A stretch of DNA of 61,802 nt, filler included. It is 3 parts of 3 records of this genome, joined end to end, with 100 filler letters (N's around TTAATTAATTAA, not from the genome) between each part and the next. Parts side by side here need not be neighbours in the genome. Positions count along the whole stretch, not along the records: positions 1 to 25,850 come from SRR20825006_1345; 2 more parts are not named here. The stretch is one strand, 5' to 3'. Below the pieces are notes generated by a model. It was given only the letters and a program-made list of their open reading frames with translations, searched no databases and was not told where the DNA came from. Of the stretch, positions 1-10,321 are shown one piece after another; within the stretch, counting starts at the first letter, position 1; each line of letters begins with the position of its first letter. Both the position numbers and the translations under genes were made by a program.

Positions 1-528
1 CATGAAGGTGTTTTCGAACTGGCCGTAGATGTCCTTCTCGACATCCTTGAAGTTATAGTCCTTGCTGCGTTTTTCGAACTCGCCGCCAAGAATTTCTTCC
101 CAGTTTGGCCCCCATTCCGGCTTTTCCAATTTTTGGCCGGTAATAACCGAATGTGCCCGCGCCGTCGGTGGCGTCTTCACCTCGGGGCTGTTTTGCAGGT
201 GTGCATAGTCGAAGGTGAAGGGCTCGTAATAATCGTCTATCTCTGGCAAATCCGGGTTGGCGAAAATTTTTGCCAGCAGGCGTATCTTACCGCCCATTTT
301 TGGCTGGATTTTACCACCTGACTTGCGTTCCCAGCCACCGTTCCACTGGTCTTGGTTTTCCCAATCGCGCGGGTAACCAACACCTGGCTTGGTCTCCACA
401 TTATTGAACCATGCATATTCCACACCCTCGCGGCTGGTCCAAACGTTCTTGCAGGTAACGGAGCATGTGTGACAACCGATACATTTATCGAGATTGAGCA
501 CCATGCCGATTTGCGCACGAATTTTCAT
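1..528 (-). CDS. narH: Respiratory nitrate reductase beta subunit, N-terminal part (runs off window start)
   Basis: ATG at 528 reads MKIRAQIGMVLNLDKCIGCHTCSVTCKNVWTSREGVEYAWFNNVETKPG; lies 11 bp after the narG stop; missing from the ORF track because it is truncated. Confidence 0.96.
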   Translation of the reverse strand, partial: MKIRAQIGMVLNLDKCIGCHTCSVTCKNVWTSREGVEYAWFNNVETKPGVGYPRDWENQDQWNGGWERKSGGKIQPKMGGKIRLLAKIFANPDLPEIDDYYEPFTFDYAHLQNSPEVKTPPTARAHSVITGQKLEKPEWGPNWEEILGGEFEKRSKDYNFKDVEKDIYGQFENTFM

Positions 529-539
529 ATCATCTACTC

Positions 540-3500
540 CTATTCGGCCGCTGTCGTGGTCGCGAGTTCCTCGCCCCACTCAACATTTTCGGCCTTGCGG
601 ACCACCACAAACTCATCCCGGTTCGATCCCACGGTTCCGTAGTAATTGAAGCCATAGGAAAGCTGAGCATACCCACCGATCATGTGCGTCGGCTTCACCA
701 CAGCCCGTGTGACGGAGTTGTGAATTCCACCGCGGCCTCCGGTCGTTTTTGATATCGGGGTGTTGATGATTTTTTCTTGCGCGTGATACATCATCGTCAT
801 GCCTTCCGGCACACGCTGGCTTACCACCGCCCGGGCCATGATGGCGCCGTTCGAGTTATAGAGCTCGATCCAATCATTATCCTTTACATCAATTTTGCGG
901 GCGTCGATCTCCGATATCCACACGACGGGACCACCCCGGTTGAGGGTCAGCATCAACAGGTTATCGGAGTAGGTCGAGTGGATGCCCCATTTCTGGTGTG
1001 GAGTAATCCAATTAAGCGCCACCTGTTTCTGACCATCACCAAATTTATCGATGACCGGAGCGATAGTTTTGGTGTTCACAGGTGCCTTGTAAACACAGAA
1101 GCCCTCCCCAAAGTCACGCATCCATTCGTGATCCTGATAGAACTGCTGGCGGCCAGTGAGTGTGCGCCATGGAATAAGCTCATGCACGTTGGTATAGCCA
1201 GCGTTATAGCTAACATGTTCATCCTCGAGGCCCGACCAAGTAGGCGAAGAAATAATCTTGCGCGGCTGAGCCTTAATGTCGTGGAAGCGGATTTTCTCCT
1301 CTGCCTTCGACTTAGCGAGATGGGTATGCTCTCTGCCGGTGATCTTGCCGAGCGCTGCCCAAGACTTGACCGCCACTTGGCCATTGGTTTCTGGCGCGAG
1401 CGAAAGCACAACCTCGGTCGCATTCACGTCCGTCACGATCATAGGCATGCCTTCATTGGCACCGGTCTCGTCATGTACACCGTTCAATCGGCCGAGAAGC
1501 TCCACTTCCTCTTCCGTGTTCCAGGCAATGCCCTTGCCGCCGTTGCCGACCTTGCTCATGAGCGGGCCGAGCGCGGTGAAACGCTTGTAGGTGTTGGGGT
1601 AGTCCCGCTCTACTTCAATGATGGAAGGCATGGTCTTACCTGGGATGGGCTCACATTCACCCTTCTTCCAGTCAGTGACACCAAGTGGCTGGGCCATTTC
1701 GCCCGGCGTATCGTGCAAGATTGGCAAGGTGACCACATCCTTCTCAACACCAAGGTGACCGACACAAACCTCCGAGAATTTCTCAGCCAGACCTCGGTAT
1801 ATGTCCCAGTCGCTGCGGCTTTCCCATGCTGGGTCTACTGCGCGAGTCAGCGGGTGGATGAAGGGATGCATGTCAGACGTGTTGAGGTCGTTCTTCTCAT
1901 ACCAAGTGGCAGAGGGCAGAACGATATCCGAATACACGCATGTGGTAGACATACGGAAGTCGAGCGTGACCACCAGATCGAGTTTGCCTTCGGGTGCTTC
2001 GTCATGCCACACGACCTCGCTCGGCCTTAAGCCGCCGGTTTCCCCCATATCCTTACCAAGAAGGCCATGCTGGGTGCCAAGCAGATGCTTGAGCATATAT
2101 TCATGCCCCTTACCTGACGAACCCAGGATATTCGAACGCCAGATAAACATATTGCGTGGGAAGTTTTTCGGATCATCCGGATCTTCACAGGCAAAGGCCA
2201 GCTCGCCTGACTTCAATTTGTCTACTACATAGTCGGCAGCTTTTACTCCTGCCTTTTCCGCAGCTCTGGCGACCCTTAACGGGTTGTCATTGAGTTGGGG
2301 TGCAGAAGGCAACCAGCCCATGCGTTCGGATTGAACATTGCAGTCCAGGAGTGTGGTATTCTTCCACTTCTCCTTATCCGCAAGCGGGGAGAGGATTTCA
2401 TCCACGTCAAGCTTTTCATACCGCCACTGGTTTGAGTGGTTGTAGAAGAAGCTCGTGGAGTTCATGTGCCGAGGCGGACGCGACCAATCCAGCCCGAAGG
2501 CTAATGGTTGCCAGCCCGTCTGCGGACGCAGCTTTTCCTGCCCCACATAGTGGGCCCAACCACCTCCCGACTTGCCCACACAGCCGCACATGATCAAGAG
2601 GTTCATGATACCCCGATAGATCATGTCCATGTGGTACCAGTGATTGACGGCGGCGCCGAGGATCACCATTGAGCGACCCCGCGTCTGGTCCGCATTGGTG
2701 GCAAACTCGCGAGCAACTTGAATGACCTTGCGACGGTCTACGCCAGTGATTTTTTCCTGCCATGCCGGAGTATAGGGTACATCGTCGTCATAGCTTGCGG
2801 CTACATTGTCACCACCCAGACCACGGTCCACACCATAGTTCGCAACCATCAGGTCAAAAACCGTCGCCACCTTCACTGGGCCGTCCTTAGTCTCAATCGT
2901 CTTGATCGGTACATTGCGCTCAAGCACGCTACCGTGGTCGGTATGTTTGAAGATAGGCTGGTCGTTGACGATATTACCGAAATACGGGAACGCCACAGCC
3001 TCGACTGTGTCGCTGCTCTCAACGAGGGTAACTTTCGGCCAGACATCACTGCCGTCCGCCACATTCTTTAACTCAAGGTTCCACTTGCGGCTTTCGTCCC
3101 AGCGTGAACCGATAGTGCCATTTGGCACACACACGTCGCCCGTATTGCCATCAAGGATGACAGCCTTCCATTCGGCGTTTTTGGCTTCGCCAAGAGCGTT
3201 TTTCATATCGGACGCACGCAGTAGGCGGCCCGGCACCAATTTGCCATCTTTCTCGTCAAGACGTATGAGGAACGGCATATCGGTATACATGCGGCAATAG
3301 TCGTCAAAATACTCCGACTTGCCAGCCGTGTGGAACTCCTTCAACACCACATGGCCCATGGCCATAGCCATGGCGCTATCCGTGCCTTGACGTGGGTTGA
3401 GCCAAATGTCTGTCAGCTTCGCTACTTCGGAATAGTCAGGCGTGACGGAAACGGTCTTGGTGCCCTTGTAACGTACCTCAGTGAAGAAGTGCGCATCCGG

Positions 3501-4286
3501 CGTACGTGTTTGTGGCACGTTCGAACCCCAGGCAATGATATAACCCGAATTGTACCAGTCCGCGCTTTCAGGCACATCCGTTTGCTCGCCCCATGTTTGT
3601 GGCGATGACGGCGGCAGATCGCAGTACCAGTCATAAAAGGACATGCACACTCCGCCAATGAGCGACAGGTAACGGCTGCCCGCAGCATAGGAAACCATGG
3701 ACATGGCTGGTATGGGTGAGAAACCCACAATCCGGTCCGGCCCGTGTTCCTTCGCTGTGTAGACATTGGAGGCGGCGATCAGCTCGTTCACTTCGTCCCA
3801 GCTTGCGCGCACAAAACCACCAAGGCCGCGCACCTTCTTGTACTCACGTGCCTTCTTCGGATCGGATACAATGCTACCCCAGGCATCAACCGGGTCGCCA
3901 AGTTCGGCCTTTGCCTTACGCCATAGCTCGATGAGACGGCCGCGTACCATCGGGTACTTCAGCCGTGCCGCGCTATAGAGATACCAGCTATAGCTCGCCC
4001 CCCGGGCACACCCACGGGGTTCGTGGTTCGGCAGGTCGGGCCGGGTTTTCGGGTAGTCCGTCTGCTGAGTTTCCCAAGTCACAAGGCCGTTCTTGACATA
4101 GATTTTCCAGCTGCAAGAGCCCGTGCAGTTCACACCGTGGGTGGACCGCACCACCTTGTCGTGGGACCAGCGGCCTCGATAGGCTTTTTCCCATGAGCGA
4201 TCCTCATCGGTGGTGATGCCATGGCCGTCAGAGAACGCCTCTGGCGACGTGGTAAAATAGGAGAGCCTGTCGATAAAGTTGCTCAT
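540..4286 (-). CDS. narG: Respiratory nitrate reductase alpha subunit (1248 aa)
   Basis: THGVNCTGSC FS0 motif, EPRGCARG, SFYDWYCDLPP, TPHQKWGIHS; start moved to MSNFIDRL, which follows a GGAG RBS. Confidence 0.98.
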   Translation of the reverse strand: MSNFIDRLSYFTTSPEAFSDGHGITTDEDRSWEKAYRGRWSHDKVVRSTHGVNCTGSCSWKIYVKNGLVTWETQQTDYPKTRPDLPNHEPRGCARGASYSWYLYSAARLKYPMVRGRLIELWRKAKAELGDPVDAWGSIVSDPKKAREYKKVRGLGGFVRASWDEVNELIAASNVYTAKEHGPDRIVGFSPIPAMSMVSYAAGSRYLSLIGGVCMSFYDWYCDLPPSSPQTWGEQTDVPESADWYNSGYIIAWGSNVPQTRTPDAHFFTEVRYKGTKTVSVTPDYSEVAKLTDIWLNPRQGTDSAMAMAMGHVVLKEFHTAGKSEYFDDYCRMYTDMPFLIRLDEKDGKLVPGRLLRASDMKNALGEAKNAEWKAVILDGNTGDVCVPNGTIGSRWDESRKWNLELKNVADGSDVWPKVTLVESSDTVEAVAFPYFGNIVNDQPIFKHTDHGSVLERNVPIKTIETKDGPVKVATVFDLMVANYGVDRGLGGDNVAASYDDDVPYTPAWQEKITGVDRRKVIQVAREFATNADQTRGRSMVILGAAVNHWYHMDMIYRGIMNLLIMCGCVGKSGGGWAHYVGQEKLRPQTGWQPLAFGLDWSRPPRHMNSTSFFYNHSNQWRYEKLDVDEILSPLADKEKWKNTTLLDCNVQSERMGWLPSAPQLNDNPLRVARAAEKAGVKAADYVVDKLKSGELAFACEDPDDPKNFPRNMFIWRSNILGSSGKGHEYMLKHLLGTQHGLLGKDMGETGGLRPSEVVWHDEAPEGKLDLVVTLDFRMSTTCVYSDIVLPSATWYEKNDLNTSDMHPFIHPLTRAVDPAWESRSDWDIYRGLAEKFSEVCVGHLGVEKDVVTLPILHDTPGEMAQPLGVTDWKKGECEPIPGKTMPSIIEVERDYPNTYKRFTALGPLMSKVGNGGKGIAWNTEEEVELLGRLNGVHDETGANEGMPMIVTDVNATEVVLSLAPETNGQVAVKSWAALGKITGREHTHLAKSKAEEKIRFHDIKAQPRKIISSPTWSGLEDEHVSYNAGYTNVHELIPWRTLTGRQQFYQDHEWMRDFGEGFCVYKAPVNTKTIAPVIDKFGDGQKQVALNWITPHQKWGIHSTYSDNLLMLTLNRGGPVVWISEIDARKIDVKDNDWIELYNSNGAIMARAVVSQRVPEGMTMMYHAQEKIINTPISKTTGGRGGIHNSVTRAVVKPTHMIGGYAQLSYGFNYYGTVGSNRDEFVVVRKAENVEWGEELATTTAAE

Positions 4287-4312
4287 GATGTTTCTCCAGA
4301 TGCTCTTTTCGA

Positions 4313-5956
4313 TTATGGATTCTGCACGTAGGCGTTTTTTCGCAGGTAGAACCACCAGTTGGTCAGGATGCAAACGCCATAGAAAATGGTGAAACCGTAC
4401 AGTGCGAATTCTGGGGTCGTGGCTTTGATTTGTTCACCAAACACTTGCGGAATGAAGAACGCTCCATAGGCAGCAACCGCCGACGTCCACCCCAAAACAG
4501 GGCCGGTCTGTTCCTTATCAAAAACCATGGCGATAGTTCGGAAGGTGGAGCCATTGCCAACACCTGTGGCGGCAAACAGCACGATGAACAGGACCAGGAA
4601 TGGCCAGAAATAATCTTCCGGTGTGGCCGAACCATAGGCCGCTTTCATATAGTAAGCGACACCCAGTGCGGCCCCAGCCATGATCACGCTAATGATTTGC
4701 GTTACACGTGCCCCGCCCCAACGATCAGCCAACATGCCGCCGACAGGCCGGATGAGTGCGCCGATAAAGGGCCCCATCCACGCATACATCAGTGCACTGG
4801 GCCCACTGGGGTTCGGCGTCGTGTGGGTCATTACCCCTTCTACCAGGAGATGCTGATATCCAAACACCACCTTAATCGCCAATGGCAGCGCGGCTGAAAA
4901 GCCAATAAAAGAACCAAAGGTCATCGTATAGATGAGCGACATCGACCAAGTATGCTTGTTACCAAAAATCTTGAACTGACGTGCCAGATTTGTCTGGATT
5001 CTGCCGGGAATTAGTTTCATGGCAAAGACTGTCAACGCAATCACCAGCGGCAACACGATGAATTTCGACACTTCCAAACCGGAGCCGCCAAAGCTAGCTG
5101 GCAGCATTAACCACAATCCAAAAGCCGCCGTGGCAAAGCCGATTAACAACAATCCGCAGATTTTGCTAAAAGCTGAAACCGCACTGTCAGTATCTGGCGA
5201 AACATGCTCGTCCCGGATAGTGTTCATGCCAAACCAGGTGGCGAAAGCCAGAGGGATCAAAAGCAGCAACCAAACCCAACCGGCGTTGAAGATATAGGTC
5301 TCCGTGCCGGCAGGTATTTTGCCAATCAACGTGCCGGACATGGCCTGCAACGTCATGCTATCGCCGCCAAATAGTGCAAAGGTCATCACCAGCGGCACCA
5401 ATATCTGCATCGTCGTGACACCGAAATTGCCGAGGCCTGCATTCATACCTAGCGCATACCCCTGTATCTTACGCGGATAGAAGAAACTAATATTTGACAT
5501 CGAAGACGCGAAGTTGCCGCCACCTAGGCCAGACAGCAATGCCACCAGTTGAAACTGCCACAATGGTGTATTCACATCTTGAAGAAGAAACCCTGCAGCT
5601 GCGGCCGGAACGATAAGCAAGGTGGTGGTTAAAAAGATGGTGTACCGCCCTCCCGCCAGACGGATAAAAAACGAACTCGGAATGCGCAGGGTGGCACCGG
5701 AAAGCCCGGCGATAGCTGTAAGAGAGAACAGTTCATCGCGCGAAAAATGAAACCCAAGGTTCAGCATCTGCACCGTAATGATGCCCCAATAAAGCCAGAC
5801 CGCGAAGCCGCACAAGAGCGACGGGATCGAGATCCACAGGTTTCGGCTGGCTATCTTCTGGCCCACTGACGCCCACTGAGCGTCGTCATCAGGGTTCCAG
5901 CCATAGAGATCGCGGCCTTTGACCTGCAATTCCATATTCTGTTTCTTTTCAAACAT
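4313..5956 (-). CDS. narK: NarK-family nitrate/nitrite MFS transporter (NarK2-like)
   Basis: RNLWISIPSL, GGGNFASSM, GNGSTF nitrate-signature motifs; directly upstream of narG. Confidence 0.92.
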   Translation of the reverse strand: MFEKKQNMELQVKGRDLYGWNPDDDAQWASVGQKIASRNLWISIPSLLCGFAVWLYWGIITVQMLNLGFHFSRDELFSLTAIAGLSGATLRIPSSFFIRLAGGRYTIFLTTTLLIVPAAAAGFLLQDVNTPLWQFQLVALLSGLGGGNFASSMSNISFFYPRKIQGYALGMNAGLGNFGVTTMQILVPLVMTFALFGGDSMTLQAMSGTLIGKIPAGTETYIFNAGWVWLLLLIPLAFATWFGMNTIRDEHVSPDTDSAVSAFSKICGLLLIGFATAAFGLWLMLPASFGGSGLEVSKFIVLPLVIALTVFAMKLIPGRIQTNLARQFKIFGNKHTWSMSLIYTMTFGSFIGFSAALPLAIKVVFGYQHLLVEGVMTHTTPNPSGPSALMYAWMGPFIGALIRPVGGMLADRWGGARVTQIISVIMAGAALGVAYYMKAAYGSATPEDYFWPFLVLFIVLFAATGVGNGSTFRTIAMVFDKEQTGPVLGWTSAVAAYGAFFIPQVFGEQIKATTPEFALYGFTIFYGVCILTNWWFYLRKNAYVQNP

Positions 5957-5995
5957 AGTTCTTCTCCTTGTCGGACCGAGAGGGAGACAAGGGCC

Positions 5996-7306
5996 TCAGC
6001 CCTTGAGCCCTTCAAGTTCCGGCAGATTGCGGGGGCCGCGAAGCTCGGGAATGCGTTTCTTATCAAGCCGACGGATGGCGAAGTGCATCCATGTCAGGGC
6101 AATGGCAACAAGGATAGTCAGCAGCATGAAGCAACTGGTCCATACACCAATAAAATCATTCATCATGCCAAAGGTGATCGGCAGGAAGAAGCCGCCAAGG
6201 CCACCTATCAGTCCCACCATGCCACCGACTGAACCCACATGATCCGGATAATAGACGGGGATGTGCTTGTAGACGGCGGCTTTACCGAGCGACATGAAGA
6301 AGCCAAGAATGATTGTCAGTCCCACAAACACTTCAAGCGGAATAGTAATGTTGAAGTTAAGGGGTCCTGTGATGCCAGCGACGGTATAATCTGTGGCCGG
6401 ATATGACATTATGAAGGTGCAAGCAACACTGGCAATGAACGTCCAGTACATGACCGCGCGGGCGCCGTACTTATCGGACAGCCAACCACCAAACGCCCGG
6501 AAGATTGAGCCAGGCAACGCGTACGCGGCAGCAAGCATGCCAGCGGTTGCCAACTCGAGTTCGTAAGCACCGACATAGTAGCGCGGGAGCCAAAGTGCGA
6601 GCGCGACATAGGCCCCGAACACAAAGAAGTAATATAGCGAGAAGCGCCAAACCTGCAGGTTCTTGAGTGGCTCGAGCTGCTCGACGAAAGAGGGGTGTTT
6701 AGCACCTGTCAGCTTGTTCGAAGCATGAACAGGATCATCTTTGGTAAAAATGAAGAACAGCACAGCAGTTACCGCGAGTGTGACTGCATAAACCTGTGCC
6801 ACACTTTGCCACGCACCCCCGAGCACGACTAAAAGGAGCGGCGCTGCGAAGTTGGTGACGGCAGCGCCGACGTTGCCCATACCGAAGATGCCGAGCGCAG
6901 TACCCTGTTGCTCTTTCGGATACCAGCGCGAGACGTAAGCCACCCCGACCGCGAAGCTGCCACCCGCCAGACCAACCCCGAGGGCCGCAACGAGGAACAT
7001 TTCGTATGTCGTCACCAGGGTCAGAAGATAGGCAGCAAGCGCTGTAGCCAGCATTTGCAGAACATAGACCATGCGGCCACCATATTGGTCGGTCCAGATG
7101 CCGAGGAAAAGCCGACTAAGCGATCCTGTTAGCACCGGCGTCGCCACAAGCACACCGAACTGGGTGTCGCTCAGGCCCAAGTCAGCCTTAATCTTGACAC
7201 CAATAATGGAAAAAATTGTCCAAACAGCGAAACAAACGGTAAAAGCCAGCGTGCTCGCGGTTAGTGCGCGACGCTTTTCCAGTGGTGTTGTCATAGTGCC
7301 GTTCAC
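5996..7306 (-). CDS. narK: NarK-family nitrate transporter (NarK1-like)
   Basis: AFTVCFAVW, GLAGGSFAVG, GKAAVYKHIP motifs; GTG start at 7306 chosen from the AGGAGG RBS (ATG at 7294 is the alternative). Confidence 0.9.
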   Translation of the reverse strand: MNGTMTTPLEKRRALTASTLAFTVCFAVWTIFSIIGVKIKADLGLSDTQFGVLVATPVLTGSLSRLFLGIWTDQYGGRMVYVLQMLATALAAYLLTLVTTYEMFLVAALGVGLAGGSFAVGVAYVSRWYPKEQQGTALGIFGMGNVGAAVTNFAAPLLLVVLGGAWQSVAQVYAVTLAVTAVLFFIFTKDDPVHASNKLTGAKHPSFVEQLEPLKNLQVWRFSLYYFFVFGAYVALALWLPRYYVGAYELELATAGMLAAAYALPGSIFRAFGGWLSDKYGARAVMYWTFIASVACTFIMSYPATDYTVAGITGPLNFNITIPLEVFVGLTIILGFFMSLGKAAVYKHIPVYYPDHVGSVGGMVGLIGGLGGFFLPITFGMMNDFIGVWTSCFMLLTILVAIALTWMHFAIRRLDKKRIPELRGPRNLPELEGLKG

Positions 7307-7372
7307 CTTGTCCTCCTGACATGGGGTTATCCGGTTATGGAGGACATTGTGACGGCTTACGGAAATTCGTGA

Positions 7373-7386
7373 TTGATCCATATCAA
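7373..7386. promoter_or_regulatory. FNR/Dnr-type binding site
   Basis: TTGATccatATCAA, a perfect TTGAT-N4-ATCAA, between the divergent narK and regulator genes. Confidence 0.88.
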
Positions 7387-7541
7387 GCACCACCGTTTTC
7401 TTCGGCATGGTGGTGTTTCACATATGGGAAGGACGTCGCCGATGGCATTGTGTAGACAAAATTGCGCACTACTTTTATGGTTGGAACACTTACGAATGGC
7501 ACGCTTGGCATTTGTGGAAATGCGCCCGGGACGCTTGAAGC

Positions 7542-9152
7542 TTGAGCATAGTGACAGAGAAAACTGACCTGGCAGGAAGCCTGCTGAACAAGCTGGGCGA
7601 GACTGTTCATCAGCTTCAGCGCGAGCGCGGCTGTGCTGGCCTTTTCCTCGACAGCCTTGGTAAAATCTTTGCGCGTCAATACGACACCCAAAATGGCCGG
7701 GTGAACGACGCTGTGGCTGAGCTGCGCACCTTCCTTGCACGCGACGAAGCAAAAAAGGGGTTGCCCAACGGTTTTTGGTCCGACCGTCTGATGCCCCTAA
7801 TCAACAAATTTGAGCAAATCGACCAAACGCGAGATAAAATACGCCTGCTGGCTTACCGCTACACTCAGGCGCTGAACACCTATACATTCTCCTTCACCGT
7901 GCCCACAATCGACATAATGATCGAACTGGCACAGCGACAGGAAGGCTACGATTCGAAACTTGTTTCAGCCTATTCCAACTTCCTGCAATGGAAAGAGCGC
8001 CTCGGCATGGAACGGGCACTAGGAGCGCGCGGCTTCCACACCTATTCATTCCGGAATCAGGAATTTTGCGACCGTTTCGTCGCTCTCATCGCCGAGCAGA
8101 AAGCCTATTTCGAGACATTTAAAGCGCTTGCCTCTGCTGACCAGATCCAGATTGTAGAGGAACATGTCGAAGCAGGCGATTTTGATGCCCTAGCCGAAGT
8201 GAACACCCTTCTGGAAGATGGCGCACCACTCGGTGAAATCGAAAAATATACAGGCGAAGCATGGTTTGAGCTCCTGTCCCGCATGATCGATGGACTGAGA
8301 GAGGCAGAGCAAAAGCTGGTAGAGGGCCTAGTGCAAACTGCCGCCAAACCAGCAAATTCGCCCGCGCCTGCGACGCGGCAAAAAGGAGCAGTAGCCCAGA
8401 TTACACAGTATCGGCCGTTTCTTAAGTCGCTACCCATGCTCGCTGCAATCGATGACCACGAGTTGGACGAACTTTTATCCTTCGCTCAGATCCGCGAATA
8501 TGAAAAAGACAAGCTATTGTTCTTACGAGACGAGCCTGCCACACGGCTCTATGTCGTTTTACAAGGCTGGGTGAAGGTCTACAACGGACTGGAGACCGGC
8601 GAGGAAGCAATCCTCCAGATGCTAGGGAGCGGAGAAACACTACTAGAGGCCGCTGTTTTCCTCGATGTACCTACTCCCGTAAGCGCTCAAGTTGTTGAAA
8701 ACGCATTGCTACTCTCCATCCCCGCACCCGTTATCCGCCAGCGCATACAATCCAGTCCACAACTCGCTGTCAGCATGCTTAATACCGTTTCATTGCGTTC
8801 ACAGCGCTTGGTGCAGCAGCTGGAGCTTTCTCGCCTCAAAACCGCCCAGGAGCGGGTTGGCTGGTTTCTGCTTAGGCTTGCACTCAACCAGCGCGCACCT
8901 GACGGCACCATCTATCTCCCTTATGAGAAATCGATCATAGCCTCCTATCTGGACATGCGACCTGAAACTTTTTCAAGGACTCTGCAAAAATTCAAACAGG
9001 ACGGCTTCGAAGTCTCGAGCGACCACGTGATAGCTCCGGATCCATTTTCTCTATGTGAATTTTGTGATGTGGAACTTGCCACCCAGTGCGTACGCGCCAG
9101 CACCGAAGAATGTCCTCGTCCCGAACTGAGCGATATATCATTTCGTAACTGA
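7542..9152 (+). CDS. NIT (nitrate/nitrite-sensing) domain fused to a Crp/Fnr-family regulator, with a C-terminal 4-Cys tail
   Basis: N-terminal VHQLQRERG and WKERLGMERALG NIT-like motifs; cNMP-type barrel (LYVVLQGWVKVY); HTH IASYLDMRPETFSRTL; tail CEFCD-x6-C-x7-C; TTG start uncertain. Confidence 0.82.
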   Translation: MSIVTEKTDLAGSLLNKLGETVHQLQRERGCAGLFLDSLGKIFARQYDTQNGRVNDAVAELRTFLARDEAKKGLPNGFWSDRLMPLINKFEQIDQTRDKIRLLAYRYTQALNTYTFSFTVPTIDIMIELAQRQEGYDSKLVSAYSNFLQWKERLGMERALGARGFHTYSFRNQEFCDRFVALIAEQKAYFETFKALASADQIQIVEEHVEAGDFDALAEVNTLLEDGAPLGEIEKYTGEAWFELLSRMIDGLREAEQKLVEGLVQTAAKPANSPAPATRQKGAVAQITQYRPFLKSLPMLAAIDDHELDELLSFAQIREYEKDKLLFLRDEPATRLYVVLQGWVKVYNGLETGEEAILQMLGSGETLLEAAVFLDVPTPVSAQVVENALLLSIPAPVIRQRIQSSPQLAVSMLNTVSLRSQRLVQQLELSRLKTAQERVGWFLLRLALNQRAPDGTIYLPYEKSIIASYLDMRPETFSRTLQKFKQDGFEVSSDHVIAPDPFSLCEFCDVELATQCVRASTEECPRPELSDISFRN

Positions 9153-9154
9153 AC

Positions 9155-9168
9155 TTGATCTGCATCAA
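9155..9168. promoter_or_regulatory. FNR/Dnr-type binding site upstream of the moa operon
   Basis: TTGATctgcATCAA, perfect consensus. Confidence 0.88.
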
Positions 9169-9212
9169 ACCTCCTCTTCCTCTATCGCGCTAACAAACAG
9201 GTCTCGAGTGCT

Positions 9213-9338
9213 CAACTCCGAAGCCTCGGTGCCTACGTTCGGGCTCCCCTTACTCAGAATATGGCACCGGGGCCGCGGCACAACGCCGCCGGGTTTGACC
9301 GGGAAACCGCCAGGCCTCTCGTGATTGGAAAGGAGATT
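9213..9338 (+). ncRNA. Moco RNA motif (molybdenum cofactor riboswitch candidate)
   Basis: ACTCCGAAGCC...GGTGCCTA...TATGGCACC..GGCCG...CCGGG...GGAAAC..GCCTCTCGTGATTGGAAAGGAG matches the Moco motif layout, ends at the RBS and sits directly 5' of moaA; boundaries approximate. Confidence 0.82.
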
Positions 9339-9342
9339 CAGC

Positions 9343-10320
9343 GTGCACCTGACAGACGGTTTCGACCGAACATTTCAGTATTTACGCCTTTCGGTGACGG
9401 ATGCCTGCAATTTCCGGTGCAGCTATTGCTTGCCAGATGGTTTCAAGAAATGCGGCGGCCCCTTACCACTGAACCGGGATGAGCTGCGTCGTGCAGCTAA
9501 AGCCTTTGTCTCGCTCGGCCTTAGAAAAATCAGGTTGACCGGAGGTGAGCCAACCGTGCGGCCCGACTTCGATGATATTCTCGCTGACATCCAAGCAGTA
9601 GAAGGCCTGGCTAAGCTTGCGCTCACCACCAACGGCTATAAACTGCATGAACGCGTGGAACGTTGGCATGGGCTTGGGCTCAACGCCATCAACGTGAGCC
9701 TCGACAGCCTGAATCGGGAGACATTCAGACGCATCACCGGTCACGACCGTTGCCATGAAGTGCTTCATGGAGTCCATCGAGCACTAGAGGCAGGATTCAG
9801 CGATGTAAAGATTAACGTGGTTTATATGAAAGGTATCAATGATCACGAAGTCGCGGATTTTATCACGCTCACAGAAATCCTTCCTGTCTCCATCCGCTTC
9901 ATCGAGTTGATGGAAACTGGCGATCATACGGCTTTTTTTCGTAACCACCATATTTCCACCGACGTAATCACCGACCAGTTGAAAGCACGCGGCTGGGTCC
10001 CAACCATCAAAGCGGCAGACAGCGGTCCCGCCAATGAATTCATGCACACCAACCACGCTGGGCGCATAGGCCTCATCGCGCCCTATTCGAAAGATTTCTG
10101 CAAAAGTTGTAATCGGTTGCGCTTCTCGAGCCAAGGCAATCTGCACCTGTGTTTATTTGGGAACTTTGGCATTCCTCTACGCGACTATCTGCAATCTGAC
10201 GAACAGTTTGAAGAACTACGAGAAAAGCTCATCACCGCTGTGCGACACAAGGACATCGGCCACCAACTCGCATATGGCAACTCCGGCATGACCCGCAACC
10301 TATCTGCCATCGGGGGCTAA
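9343..10320 (+). CDS. moaA: GTP 3',8-cyclase (radical SAM)
   Basis: YLRLSVTDACNFRCSYC, LTGGEP, FCKSCNRLR, C-terminal IGG; GTG start after AAGGAG. Confidence 0.96.
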   Translation: MHLTDGFDRTFQYLRLSVTDACNFRCSYCLPDGFKKCGGPLPLNRDELRRAAKAFVSLGLRKIRLTGGEPTVRPDFDDILADIQAVEGLAKLALTTNGYKLHERVERWHGLGLNAINVSLDSLNRETFRRITGHDRCHEVLHGVHRALEAGFSDVKINVVYMKGINDHEVADFITLTEILPVSIRFIELMETGDHTAFFRNHHISTDVITDQLKARGWVPTIKAADSGPANEFMHTNHAGRIGLIAPYSKDFCKSCNRLRFSSQGNLHLCLFGNFGIPLRDYLQSDEQFEELREKLITAVRHKDIGHQLAYGNSGMTRNLSAIGG

Positions 10321-10321
10321 C

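Noticed and set aside
777-2030. 417-aa plus-strand ORF
   Set aside because: Antisense shadow of narG with no recognisable motifs
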